Positions 1 through 13,223 of a stretch of 64,000 bases of DNA are shown piece after piece; the first letter of the stretch is position 1; each line of letters starts with the position of its first letter. The translations under genes were made by a program, and so were the position numbers. A model generated the notes under the pieces. That model searched no databases and had not been told where the DNA came from. It was given only the letters and a program-made list of their open reading frames with translations. The stretch lies in NCBI GenBank assembly GCA_951406725.2, contig OX597828.1, positions 32,550,001-32,614,000 of the forward strand, given 5' to 3'. Origin of the DNA: Octopus vulgaris (Eukaryota).

Positions 1-597
1 CGTTAGTGGACTAAACCAGCCAATAGTTTACCCCCAGAGATTCCGTCCAGCTCCAATTATACATTTAAAATATTGTAAGTATATTTACTTCAGTACATTT
101 ATATAACTTTATAATATAACAATCATACAAATGCTTACACACACATACACACACACACACATATATATATATATACATCCGCAATTAAACACACACACAC
201 ACACACACATATATATATGCATATATATATATTTATATACAATACCTCAGAGACCAAGGAAGTTAATGGTGGTATGCGTCAAGAACATCAGCTCAACAGA
301 ATTGCAAAGTTCGAAAAATAAAATGCGTACGTGAGTGTGGGTGGATGTCTGTGGGTACGTGTGTGTGCGTGTGTACGCGTACATATGAGTGTGCATGGGT
401 GTCCGTGTATGTGCGTGTGCCATTGTGCGTTTGTTGTGCAATGAACATTAAGTTAGAAGATCAAAACACACATAGCCGAAGAGAGAAAGGTGAAAGAAAG
501 AAAATAAGTTGTTACGCGTTAAAAGTGATATAAGTTAAAACAAACTTACATATATTGCCACAAAATACACATCCTCAATACATATACAGACATATGT

Positions 598-644
<47 letters not shown>

Positions 645-684
645 CATATGTGTGTATAATTATACATGTGTGTATATATACATG

Positions 685-718
<34 letters not shown>

Positions 719-949
719 CATGTACATATATATATATAGATATATTTATATATATATATACATACATATGCACGTATGTATCTATATACATATACATTTG
801 TATATATGAATTCGTGTATATAAAGCATGTATATATATATATATATATGTATATGTATATACATGTACATGTATGTATCTAAATATATACATATATATGT
901 ATATATATAAATTGCTGACGCGTGTAGAATCTGTCTGTGCATATGATGT

Positions 950-1320
950 TAACTGGAACTGTGTATACAAATATATTCTATAGCATTGTAAGTATATCAT
1001 TAGGACAAAGTAATGGTAACGCCTCAGTAAATTCTTAATGGAATTGGTCGCCAAGTGTACCTTGTATATGTATACTAACCAATACATTTTGCTTAAGACC
1101 ATCACAACTGTGGTGGTGATGATGCTGAGCAGACTCTCCGTAAATTGAAAAAAAAAGTAATATTTCCTCACTGATGAAATACCAAAACAGAAAGGAAAGT
1201 AATCCACCAGAGGACCCCTCATTATTTTGTCAAGAAATTTATTGCAAATAGGTGTTGTTATATTTGTTGTTTCTCATATTGAACTCCAAAGAACAGGAGT
1301 TACGGAATTACTTTTATGAG
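950..1320 (+). mobile_element. Possible highly decayed Ty3/Gypsy integrase fragment
   Basis: Broken frames give ELVAKCT and EIPK...TRGPLII..KKFIANR, loosely like integrase HHCC and GIP...DNGPQF..KKF segments. Many stops; boundaries approximate. Confidence 0.25.
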
Positions 1321-1724
1321 ACAGCTATGTGTACAATAAGATTCACTGCACTGGAACTGGGTGTGTATGCGATAAGTCGTGACTTACTCGGTACCTATGA
1401 ATGCTCCAGCAATCCCGCAGTTCGATGACTGACTCAATAAAGAGATAAAAGTTAAATATACGCTTCATTTAAAAACCTTCGAAAACGCTACAAAATATAG
1501 CACGAGCTATCGGCTTTTAATGCAATGCATTCTAGAGCAGATATAGCTGTGAATTGATAAAATTGATAACCGGGCCTCTATGCTTTTGACATTCATTAAT
1601 TCACAATGTTCGGTATTTACATAATGCTTTAGTCTAAAACGTATGTGTATCCAGTTTTTAACATTTTATGATTAGCATAGGTATGCGTACTCAAAATCAT
1701 ATTTCGTATATTTATGTCTTAACT

Positions 1725-2170
1725 GCCCACAACGGGAAGGACAGACAAAGGGTTTAAGTCGATTGCATCAACTTCAGTGCATAACTAATACTTATTTAAT
1801 CTACCCCGAAAGGATGAAAAGCAAAGTCGACCTTGGAGGAATTTGAACATATAACGTAACAGCAGACGAAATACCTATTTCTTTACTACCCTAAATATAG
1901 AGGGGACAAACAAGGAAAGACGAACGGATTAAGTCGATTACATCGACCCCAGTGCGTAACTGGTACTTAATTTATCGACCCCCGAAAGGATGAAAGGCAA
2001 AGTCGACTTCGGCGGAATTTGAACTCTGAACGCAGCGGCGGACGAAATACCACAAAGCATTTCGCCCGGCGTGCTAACGTTTCTGCCAGCTCACCGCCTT
2101 TAACAGCAGACGAAATACCGCTAAAGCAGTTCGTCCGGCGTGCTAACGGTTCTGCCAGCTCGCTGTCCTT
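1725..2170 (-). mobile_element. Nested pair of tRNA-derived SINEs (family A); inner copy 1876-2100
   Basis: Minus strand reads AAGGCGGTGAGCTGGCAGAAACGTTAGCAC...GAGTTCAAATTCCGCC (A/B boxes), then GCCTTTCATCCTTTCGGGGGTCGATAAATTAAGTACCAG. Inner copy is flanked by the direct repeat TAACAGCAGACGAAATACC at 1857-1875 and 2101-2119. Confidence 0.9.
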
Positions 2171-2174
2171 CATA

Positions 2175-2620
2175 TTGCATATATTAACAAGTTGCTTGAT
2201 AGTTTTGAAACCATTGTGCAAACTGGTACCGAGTTTCATCGGAAATCACAAGGCTTTCCGAAACCAGATTCCAGAAATTGTAAATATAAAGACAGTCCTG
2301 TTTAATTTTAATGTGACCACCCTCTACACAAATATCTTCTACTCATTGGGCCTTGAGGCAGAAGAATTATGGACACACAAATACGCACATAATGTTCAGA
2401 GGAGGTTTCCAAATGAATCTATAGTTCGATTGGTGCAACAAAACAACTACTTCCTTTTGGTAACCAATATCAACTGTGAATTGTAGCTATAGTAATACGT
2501 ACGAAAGTTACATCTAAGTTTGATACACCATTAATGAAAATTGCAGAAGAAAATATCCGTGCAATTCCTGAAATTACATTTGATCAGCATTTCAAACATC
2601 TTAGAATCCAGTAGACATGA
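2175..2620 (+). mobile_element. Penelope-like element reverse transcriptase fragment
   Basis: LKPLCKLVPSFI...VLFNFNVTTLYTNI...LGLEA...NNYF matches PLE RT motifs (SFDVxSLYTNIP, LENNYF). Decays after about 2460. Confidence 0.8.
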
Positions 2621-3239
2621 CTCCGTCACTTGAATTGTAAGTTTTGAAATACATATACAAATAAACAAACGTTGGTTCATTTCGGTGTTATAACGGAAGG
2701 CAATATGCCCTGGGTGTCAGTGTGGAGTTGCTGGCAGATATTTCCGTCAAGAGCTTAGAAGCTAAATAGACAATTTATGAACCGTGTGTGCGTGTGGGTC
2801 AGATCCTGGGGCTAGCGTAGTCGTTCCGATTTTCCAACAAGATTTCTGTCACCTTCCGGATGTATGACAAGTAGCCGACTCTTGGTACTACACATAGGAA
2901 CTACCAACAACAAACCACTCCAGCCTGAGATTGAGCACCGGCTCCAGCAGATTTACATAGCCGTTTGGATTGAGTCTGGGAGCCTGTGAGATGAATATGT
3001 GAGAATGGATTCAGTCATAACGCCTGCGTTTTCGCTTCTTGCTTGCCACAGCTACACATACTCCGTTGCAACTGTCTTTGTCACCTCTCTATATCATTTC
3101 TAGCGTTCACAGTGCATTGAGTAGCAATCATGATGTCGGTATTTTTATACCCGCTACGAAATATCACGAGACACGTAACTCATTTTCAATTTTCATGTGC
3201 CTTTCAGTGTGAGGAATCTTTTTCCCAACTAAATTTTAA

Positions 3240-3460
3240 TCTTTATGTTGTCCAATGCCGTTGACTGTCACCGGTCCATTAAGTTGTTCCTGAACGAAGG
3301 TGACATAAAAATATCATCAACATTAGCCCGAACACCCTGGATAGACACAATTGCATACATGGCTAGATATAGGAGTGTGCATTTGCTTGTGAAAAGGTAA
3401 TTTGTATCCGGGCAAGTATGTGAACAAAACTGTAATATAGTCAAACGAATCTACGTAGCA
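3240..3460 (-). mobile_element. Possible decayed Ty3/Gypsy RT fragment
   Basis: Minus strand gives YKLPF, then in a shifted frame IQGVRANVDDIFMS, resembling LPFG...GVxxYxDDIL. Confidence 0.3.
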
Positions 3461-3544
3461 TAATATTAATGCATCACCGAAAACAGATAATGGTTTTGTA
3501 ACTTGATATATTTTCAGAATTTATATACAAACTCGTACACACAG

Positions 3545-3596
<52 letters not shown>

Positions 3597-3626
3597 GGAT
3601 AGATAGATTGATAGATAGATAGATAA

Positions 3627-3681
<55 letters not shown>

Positions 3682-3710
3682 CATAGATAAATAGATAGAT
3701 AGATAGATAT
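3545..3710. repeat. (GATA)n microsatellite at the 3' flank of the Tx1 element
   Basis: Direct reading of tandem GATA units. Confidence 0.98.
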
Positions 3711-4838
3711 GTTTCTTTATTAGCCACACAGGGCTGCACACAGATAGAACAAATTACAAGGTAGAGCTTTTCTTTTGAAGGTTTAAAAAAAAAATAATAA
3801 TAATAATAAAATAAAAAATAAAATAAAATAAAAAAGGGGGGGTCGATCAAAAGGGATCGTAAAAGGAGAGAAAGAGGACAAAAAGGGGGGTTAAAAAAAA
3901 AAGGGGGAGGAAAAAAATTGATCAATAGGGATCGTTATCACAGAAATGTCAATATGAAGTGTAAAGGGGAGGACAGGTGAGGTTTACCCGTGGAAAGAAA
4001 AGCCTACGGAAAAGACCACGGTAACCTCGGTCAATGAAGTCACATGTTATATTTCTTTTTTTTTCTTTTTGCAAATAAGCAACTCTCTGTATTAATTTTT
4101 ACGGTTCATAGAATCATAGTCAAGGTGGCTTCGTCATTCATACGTGCCATCCTTGCTACATTCACCTATCTTTTTTTAAAACATTCACTAGACAAAACTT
4201 GCCTCTCTACTCTCACTTTTTTCTTCAAGTGATACTTGAAGAAGTTGATGAGAGATTGACCAGAGAGGAAAGTGTTTGTCTCTAATCCTTTCAGACGCGT
4301 CCACCAGATACATTCTTTCGCCATAGCCACAAGTATGATAAAAATAGCTCTTCCTTCCCGTTTGAAGGAAGGAGGCGTGACGATATTAACGATAGACTCG
4401 GCGGATAAACCAACACGTCCCACACGTGACAGCAGTCGTTCGACATAAGCCCACAGGTGGGAAATTGCTGGACACTGCACGATTGCGTGCAGAGCGGTTT
4501 CGTCGCTCTGCCCGCATCTCGGGCAGGTCGGCCCCGTGTTTCTCGAGCCATGCCTATAGAGCTTATCCCGAACGGGTAGCGCTTCTCGGTAGCACCGCCA
4601 GGCCAGGGATCTCTGGAAGTTGTCCATAGGTCCCGGGCCGAAAGTCGTTTGAAACAGGCGGGTCAGGTATTCCTCGTCGACGCCCAGGTTTGCCCCGAGC
4701 TCGTCGTCGTACCTCCCCTCCACTAATCCCCTATAGAATGCTTTGGTTGTGTTGAAGTCACTCAAGGTCGACCCGGGACGGCAGAGTTGCTTGAGAGCAA
4801 CGCGACACTCGCGGTGCCATTCGCCCTTCTTCGGCCTC
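3711..4838 (-). mobile_element. 5'-truncated L1/Tx1-clade non-LTR retrotransposon (ORF2 C-terminus plus 3' UTR)
   Basis: Frame is open from the truncation point: SLAWRCYREALPVRDKL...CPRCGQSDETALHAIVQC (zf-RVT CCHC), AKECIWWTR. One premature TAG at 4166; the likely natural stop is at 4106. The 3' end reads CCCTGTGTGGCTAATAAAGAAAC followed by (ATCT)n. Confidence 0.9.
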
Positions 4839-4881
4839 TAGATAGATAGATAGATAGATATATAGATAGATAAATAGATTG

Positions 4882-4913
<32 letters not shown>

Positions 4914-4921
4914 ATATATAT

Positions 4922-4971
<50 letters not shown>
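4839..4971. repeat. (GATA)n microsatellite at the 5' flank of the Tx1 element
   Basis: Direct reading. Confidence 0.98.
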
Positions 4972-4972
<1 letters not shown>

Positions 4973-7344
4973 CGAATATGAGTCATATAAAAATGATAAA
5001 AACACATCCGTTCTAAGATGCTGTGGTGAGGAATAGAAGGAAAGGGAACACTTAAGGGACTGTTTCACGGCTTATTGAACTGTCGTCAGAGAAGACATAC
5101 CTGGCTTCCATCTTTAATCAGTAACTCTTCTGAAATAGTCTGTGACGAGACTGTTTGTTACACTATTTTTGCTGCATATCTATAATATCTAGAAATTGGA
5201 TTTACACTTATATATCAATTTTTTAAATATGAGTCTTTGTACTTTTTATAACACCGTTAATTATGTTCCTTTTTTAAACTGTGTTGTGCATAAATACATA
5301 ACGTTTAACAAATGGTGAGCCTTCAAATGTAAAAATATAGAAATTCGGATATCGAAATTTAGCTGCGTCATAAGCAGCCAAACTATGTTATTGTCTGAAG
5401 GAGAAAGCCGCATCGTCTTCTTCTTTCAGACGTGAAAGAGTTCTTTAAGAACATGAGTCCTTCTCTGTTGTTCCGTGCAATAATAGTGCAATCAAAATGT
5501 GCTTCCATTCTTCTCGTTATTGAATCGCCACTGTGTGTATGTATGTATGTATGTTTGTATATCCGTATATGTGTACATATGTGTGTTTGTTTCTGTACGT
5601 GTGCTCACATTTAAGAGAGCATGGTAAAACTTTCCTATGTAAGAATATATGTGGGTTATCTACTTGTGTGTAGCGGCATATACTTTCCTAGAAACAGATA
5701 TTAGATGACCGAGAAACACGACCTTTTCTGTTTTCAAGAGTATAATCAATGCACTAATATATGAGAAGACACCACTGTCAGACGTGGTGTTTGCTAATAT
5801 GTAAAAGCGGAAGATATTTACTCATCTAAAATGATCGATTGTAAATAAGACAGTAGCTGAAAGATAGTGAAGTGGGCAATGTCTGAATGGCTGGATACGA
5901 GACTTGCAAAAACAAATCCATTCTGTTTGTATATCGGAAATAAATTTCTACAATTGATCATTAGTCAACAAATAGTGAACGCTGTTATTTCTGTAATTTA
6001 TCTCAGTTTCTAGAGCGTCTCGAGGCTTTTGTTTTTCATCCGAATAATGTTTTTGGTGTTTTGCCGTTTAATTTATGAAGATCTATATATCATTCGAAAT
6101 AAAATGAGCTAAGGTAAATAACTCAACTGGCCTAATAGAATTAATTTTGATGATTAAGTTAAAGAGCGTTATACCGAATTCTGAGCCGAAAAAAGAAAGA
6201 AAAAAATTCCCTAATTAATTATAATTTTTCTTGAGAAATTTAAAAAAAAGACAAAACTAAAGGCGATTGTTAGAAAAGGAAACTTATTTTTCAATATGAT
6301 ATAAAATAACCTTACAATATTACTTCATCTGTTAGCGGGAAAGAAAGTCTGACTTTCGTATGCAAGCCAGTAACAATTAGTAACCACAATCTCATCGGTA
6401 TAACCTCGACTATCCCTTTAAGCGCCATAGATTTTTGTTTCGATATAAAACGTTGCTGTGTTTTACTAGTATGACTGACCGAATTAAAAATGAAATAGCT
6501 GTGACACGTAAGCCAAGTGAGAGTCTGGTAAATTTCGGGAGTCAAGTTCAAGCGTAACATATGACTTCAAATTAACTTTATTTATAATAGATTTATATCA
6601 TAATCGACCTAACACGACCTGAAAACTGTTAATAGTATTTGCGTAATGTTGCTAGATAATAATGGCATGATAAAGTTCCTTATAATTAAATATGGCGATA
6701 CTATATCAGATTTTCCTATGTTAATGTAGAATAAGCAAAACAATTCTTGTTGCCAGGCTGAAATGGTGCAAACTTAGTCTGTTTAAACATTTTTTCTTTC
6801 ACTATAGAAATGACTTCTATATGCATAGCACAGTAGTGACGCACATACACTGGATGATATGCAGGGTTTATAAAATGAAGGTAACTAAACTTGGACATTG
6901 TATAAACACCAACCAATGTTGATCACTGACAAAAACAATGGTACCATTGTCTGAGATATAATGCCCCACACTAACAGAGAACTAAAAACCAACAATCTTG
7001 ACATCAATACAAGCGGTGTATATACAAAAGCAGGACATTTCAGTCCGTTTGAGAAGAAACATTTCGGTAAAACTGATCGAGAATTTGACCAAGTGGATAC
7101 ACCTGTTCTTTGAAAACAGGACTAATGGAAAGAGAAACAGGAAGTTCACCAATTCTATCCACGACAAAAGTAATACTTATGCAGCACAAAATATCGCAAC
7201 CAATATAACAGTTCGCGTGCTTCGGAATGTGCCGTCAGTGAAGTGGAAACTTCCCTATAATGTTCCAAGGCGCACAGAATTTACTCGGCCATACAGAATA
7301 TAAACAGTACGAATAATATTTTTTTAACAGCAACAATAATCTCT

Positions 7345-8175
7345 ACAATAGGCGCAAAACCTGAAATATGGGGTGAGCGAATGAGTCGATTACATCGACC
7401 CCAGTACTCAACTGATATTATTATATCGATCCTCGAAAGTATGACATGCCTCGGTGGAATTTGAACTCAGAACGTAAGGACGGATGAAATGCCGCGAAGC
7501 ATTTTACCCGGCACGCTAACGATTCTGCCGGCTCGTCGCCTCCCCATTTTGAATAATGACTGTGGCTTTGTTCCAATCTGACTGAGCGAGACTTTATACA
7601 ATAAGACTCTCTTTAAATATCATCAAGACCAGGATTATTTCTCGCTCAATTTACCACATACTAGAGGGTGTATATATTTGTGTTTGTTTCTGTACGTGTG
7701 TGTTCACATAGAAGAGAGTATGAATTTATTTCTTAAGACCTTTCTGTATAAGAGTATAGGTGGGTTATCTACTTCACCCCACCCTATGTGACCAAACTTT
7801 TTCAAATCTTACTTTATTTCGAAATGGCTTCCAGTAAAATTGGTTTAAATTTTGGCGCAAGGCCAGCAATTTCAGAGGTGGGTTAAGTCGATTACTTCAG
7901 CCTCAGTACACGACATGTAATACTTATTTTACCAACACCGAAAGGATGAAATGGAATGTCGAGCTCGGCGGAATTCGAACTGAGATCGTAAAGACTGGTG
8001 AAATGCCGTTGCGCATTTTGTCCAGTACTCCAATTATATTTCCATTATTTTCTTAAGAAGAGGTCGACTCTGCCTTTCATCTTTTCGTGGTCGATAAATA
8101 AAGTACTATCTGCGTACTGGGGACAATCGAATCGATTGACACCCTCCCCCAAAATTTCGGGCCTTGCGCCTAGAG
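7345..8175. mobile_element. Cluster of diverged family-A SINE copies (about 7345-7545 minus, 7845-8025 minus, 8060-8175 plus)
   Basis: Similar to 1876-2100: AGTCGATTACATCGACCCCAG, GAATTTGAACTCAGAACG, GCCTTTCATC. Confidence 0.85.
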
Positions 8176-9237
8176 TTGAATAGAATATGTACTTTATTTT
8201 ATGACGATGGCAATTATTGAAATAATTTGTGAAACAGAATTATTTTATTTAATCGAAAGATAATCTGAGTAGCAATCTTTATTTCAATGGATAGTAAATA
8301 TTTTATTATTTTGGGAAGGGCCAAATCATTTTATTATGTGTCATCAAAACCAAAAGACTGATAATAATGAAATCATCAAAACACAAAACGTTCGTTTGAT
8401 TTAATGCATATGTTGACCTGTGTCAGAAATTCTAAACTAGAAAGCCGAAGAAAATCATTCAGATCATATTTCTCGAAGATTGTCACACTCACAAAGTTGA
8501 GACGTCTTGTATTTTTATTCATCATGTCCATATCAATTTTAAAATACGTCAACCATATATGTTGCATGAAACTGCTTCTTGGCTAATTCGTTTTATCAGA
8601 AGAATAGACTTTGGTATCCAGTTACATGAAGTGTTGTCTCATGCATGATCGTTGTAACATTGCTCACATTTTTCAAGGACATTGCCTCGTCGATCTCATC
8701 ATACTGCATATAAACAGGAAACCAGAAGTTTCCGCTTTACAGACATCTGAATGTAGATAGAATAGTAAATTTTAAGGAAATTCAAACCCGGTTTGCTGAC
8801 AAAAAATTAGCTTCAGTTTGTAATTCAGGAGTACCACCTGCTTACCTTGGATTTCTGTTTCTGATATAATTGAATTACCAAAACTGTCAGCAAGGTTGTC
8901 TCCGAATCTGAATTCATGTCCTGCTGATATTTTGTAAACTTTGGATTTCATAAACAGGATGGCGACGTGATATGAAGCAAAGTCCATCTTCGTTCGATAC
9001 ACTTTTTCTATGCAGTTTAGGTTTGATACTTGAAGATAATAAAGCATTCGCTCATGTAGTTACAGAACGTTTTTGAGCAGTGTTTCGGAACCTGGATAGG
9101 CTCTTCTTTGCTTAAAACCTTTATTGAATTCTTCAAGTTATCTGGTGGCTAATAAAGCTTTGCTAGAGTAAAATTTTACGTGTGAAAGATACAGCGGATC
9201 ACCATCATATATGGATTATCCTTGTTGTCGAATTCGA

Positions 9238-9274
9238 TAATAATAATAATAATAATAATAATGATAATAATAAC

Positions 9275-9343
<69 letters not shown>

Positions 9344-9358
9344 CATAATAATAATAAT
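9238..9358. repeat. (AAT)n microsatellite
   Basis: Direct reading. Confidence 0.98.
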
Positions 9359-9625
9359 TCCTTTTATTGGCCACAAGGGCGCAAGACATGGCGGATGATA
9401 TCAAAGGAGGAGTTACAAACTAATGCAAAAACAAACAATAGGTGGTTTTACATCGATTAAGGGAGAAAACCTACCATATTAAATGATATAACAAAGATTA
9501 TCTATAGATTTAGAGCAATACATAATGTATCAATAAATAATAAGAATCCCCGATAATGGAACAGTCTACTTCGGGTAATTCGGGGTAAATCCCCCACAAA
9601 AATCCCGGAATACTCTGCCATCCCC
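9359..9625 (-). mobile_element. Probable 3' UTR remnant of a second Tx1-like LINE family
   Basis: Minus strand ends GCCCTTGTGGCCAATAAAAGGA followed by (ATT)n, similar to the terminus at 3711-3735. The 5' boundary is approximate. Confidence 0.55.
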
Positions 9626-10089
9626 TCTTCAAATGAAATATACCTCCATTTTCAATGAATTTGTAGTGACAAAAATTGTGATAATGATGTTTTTATATAA
9701 AAAAACGAAGAGTTCAATTCAAACGGAAGGCAATATTGCATTGCAGCCAAAAATAACATAGCAGAAATGAATGCAGCTCCAAGAGGATGAGAATTAGAGG
9801 TATCATTTGGAAAACTATTAGAAAAGAAGTGATTCTCATAAAGAAACAGTGGTCCAAATATTATAGGCAGCAGAAAGCAATCAAAGGAAACAATGTCTAC
9901 GTTGTAAATAGGTAGACCAGAAAACCAAAGAAACAAGCGGATAATATTAGGAAAATGTAGTTAGGAAGAACTGGTGGAAATATTTAATAGACACAGGAAT
10001 GTGAATATGTTACTGAGGTCAACCATACATAAGCTCAAAATAAAGAAACAGTGATTCGCGAATCTACAAAGTGTTGTGGCATCGTTTTG

Positions 10090-10282
10090 ATTGTTTCAGT
10101 CATCTGATTACACACATGCTGAGTCACCACCTTCAAGGGATTTAGTGGAAGTCATCGATGACAGAATTTATTTCACACCTAGTAATTATTTCATCGGTGT
10201 CGATGGACGAACTGCTGCGCATTGAACCAGAAACCAAGTGGTTGCCATGTTTTTGTTTACTACACAATCATACCTGTGCCTA
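10090..10282 (-). mobile_element. Degenerate, internally deleted family-C SINE
   Basis: Tail TGTTTCAGTCA..CATGCT and head GAACCAGAAACCAAGTGGTTG resemble the reverse complement of 58103-58480. Confidence 0.6.
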
Positions 10283-11209
10283 TATATAAATATATAAACA
10301 AAAGGAACGAATGAAAAGCTAAAAGTATACCAACTATATTAGACGAGCAGAATAACAGGCAATTACGTTCCTTGGTTCATACTCGGCCCAGAATTAATAC
10401 TTTTATTCAAAGAAATAAAGTAGATTGGATAAAAATTATATTAAGTGATAATTTAACCATATTTTGTATAGGGTTGTTTTGACTCATTACATTTCATTTG
10501 AACATCAATACGAGAGATACATAAATCCTAGAAGTTTCGTAGAAAAACAGACATGAACTATGTATTCGAAAAAAATTATGGAGGCATCACATGACGACTG
10601 TAAATTTAATTAAAAAAACATTAATGACATGTTAAACAACGAAACAGAGATGAAAGAATTAGTGCAAGTACAGACTTAGAACTTCTTAAGAATTAATGAA
10701 ATTAAAGAAAAAACTGTAATACGCAAACGAAAGTGAAGATTAGGAAATAGCATAAGAAACACATTCCATTACTACTTAAGACTGAACTAAATGCCAAAAT
10801 GAAGATATTCCCCATTTCCAGTCATATGTCATAGTTCTATCCGTTTCAACTGAAAGATAAGTTTATTAGCATGATTAGACAGGTATATAGAAAACGAAAC
10901 TATATGATCAGCATATAGATATGAGTTTTACATCTCACTTTCTACAACATACAGACACAAACACACACATAGACATACGACACACACACACACACGCTAT
11001 AGATTTGAGTATATAAGTACATTAACCACGCACAGAAATACTAAATTGGTGAAATACTGACGATACAAAATAATGGTGGTCTTCAATACTAAGTGTTTAT
11101 GTAAAATTCTCATAGAGACTACATTCTCGACAGAGCCAATATCAGCTAAACCTCTGAAGTAAACAGTCAGTACTGTGCGTACATACCTACACATGATTGT
11201 GTGCACCTG

Positions 11210-11260
<51 letters not shown>

Positions 11261-11953
11261 AGAGAGAGAGACAGAGAGACAGACGGACAGACAGACAGAT
11301 AGATAGATAGGTAGTTAGATAGATCGATAGATATAAATCTACATGCACACACATATATACATACATATATAATTGTGTATGTATGTGTGTGTGTGTGTGT
11401 GTGTGTGTACAATAATGTTTTCATGTCAATAGAATATGGTAGTCCTATAAAGGACGATGTTACTTTTGTTTAAGCCCCAGGTAAATATATTTTTCCAATT
11501 GGCTATACAGATGGCTAAATTTTGAACAAATGAATGCTAAAAATATATACTCTTGCATATTTGGTATCTTTGCTAAACCACTTTACGATTGTTTTTTTCT
11601 TAAACATAATGATAATTTATTTGAATTTTGAATTTATATATGTTCGCAAATATTCGTTAGGAATTCGCGGAGACTTCAGTTAGAAAAACGCGCAGGGGAA
11701 GGTAAATATTTTTTTCAAAAGAGTTTACGTAGTAACTCTAGCTGATCAGATTTAAGTGTCAATTTTTCACAGAAAGCGAAATCAATTGATACTGGGATAG
11801 CTACGCTCATATTTGTAGATTTACAAACTGAAAATAATATGTTTCAAAATGTATTTCATACATTCTCAGTGTGTGTTTACATATAGTGAGAGATACGTGG
11901 CTTTGGAGAATTTTATTCTTTTTCGAGCAAAGTGGTACATTTTGTACCCTAAC

Positions 11954-12012
<59 letters not shown>

Positions 12013-12135
12013 TTAGCCGCGTAATTACTTCGTCAAACTGAACTCTCGTTGACTTCCTCTCTATATATAAACACACAGATATATACACACACACATTTAT
12101 ATGTGTATATATATATACACACATATATATATATA

Positions 12136-12680
12136 CCTGCAGCAGGAGTTGGACTCAATCTATAGATGGGCTGATGATAATAATATGCAGTTTAATGCTG
12201 AAAAATTCCAGGTCCTGCGCTACCAGCATCCAAAACTGAATATTAAACTTACAGGATACACCGGTCCACAGGGAATTTCAATGCCAGAGCCTAAGTCTGT
12301 GAGGGACACCTGGGTATCGACATGAGTGATGATACCTCTTTCCAAGTGCACGTTGCCAGGCTGGCGAAAAAGTGCAGACGACTAGCTGGTTGGATCCTAA
12401 GAACATTCGGAAACAGAGATAAGGAAACCATGATGATCCTCTGGCAGACATTCGTCCTCAGCCGCCTGGAATACTGCTCACAGATATAGTCACCCACCAG
12501 TGTAAAATTAACAGCGGATCTTGAAGCAATCCAGAGAAGATTCACAAAGAAGATCGTCTCTTTGCAACAGCTCAGCTACTGGGAAAGGTTGAAACAACTA
12601 AGACTCTACTCCCTGGAGAGAAGATGGGTGCATCAGCATGGCCGCAGCTCTGCAGCTCTGAGCTGAAACAAGAGAGAAGA
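12136..12680 (+). mobile_element. CR1-clade LINE 3' fragment inside (TA)n
   Basis: LQQELDSIYRWADDNNMQFNAEKF...LGIDMSDD...GWILRTF...SRLEYCSQI*SP...LEAIQRRFTK...SYWERLKQLRLYSLERR. One frameshift and one stop. Tail CAGCATGGCCGCAG...CTGAAACAAG. Confidence 0.92.
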
Positions 12681-12819
12681 ATATATATATATACATATAT
12701 TCATATATATATATATATATATGTATATGGAAAAATATCAAGGTAGAAAGTGCTAAGTCATTTCAATACCGGTTTCAGTCATTGCGACTGTAAGTATATA
12801 TATAAATATATATATATAA

Positions 12820-12878
<59 letters not shown>

Positions 12879-12880
<2 letters not shown>

Positions 12881-13223
12881 ATCAGCAAAATTTAGATTCA
12901 GATGACTATGGTACTTAAGTCAAAGGCACCAGAATTTGGTATGGTATTATCCATATAAATCCATGGGGTGATTACAATCAAAATAAGCAACAATTATATC
13001 CGAGGTAATGTGGAACGATTGTTTTAATGCTACTTCATTTTATTAAATACTGTAAGTATTACATCAGTTTTAAATTATCGAGCAATCTTCAGACACCTAT
13101 AAAATTTCTATTGGTGGCTGAAGATTGCTCGAAAACTGATTTAATACTTACATTGTATAATAAAATGAAATAGCATGAAACGATCGTACCACATTACCTC
13201 GGATATACTTGTTGTTTATTTTG

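Noticed and set aside
6300-7310. Complex sequence with several 60-100 aa ORFs
   Set aside because: No convincing motif or splice pair in any frame I read. It may be an ancient TE but I cannot support a call.
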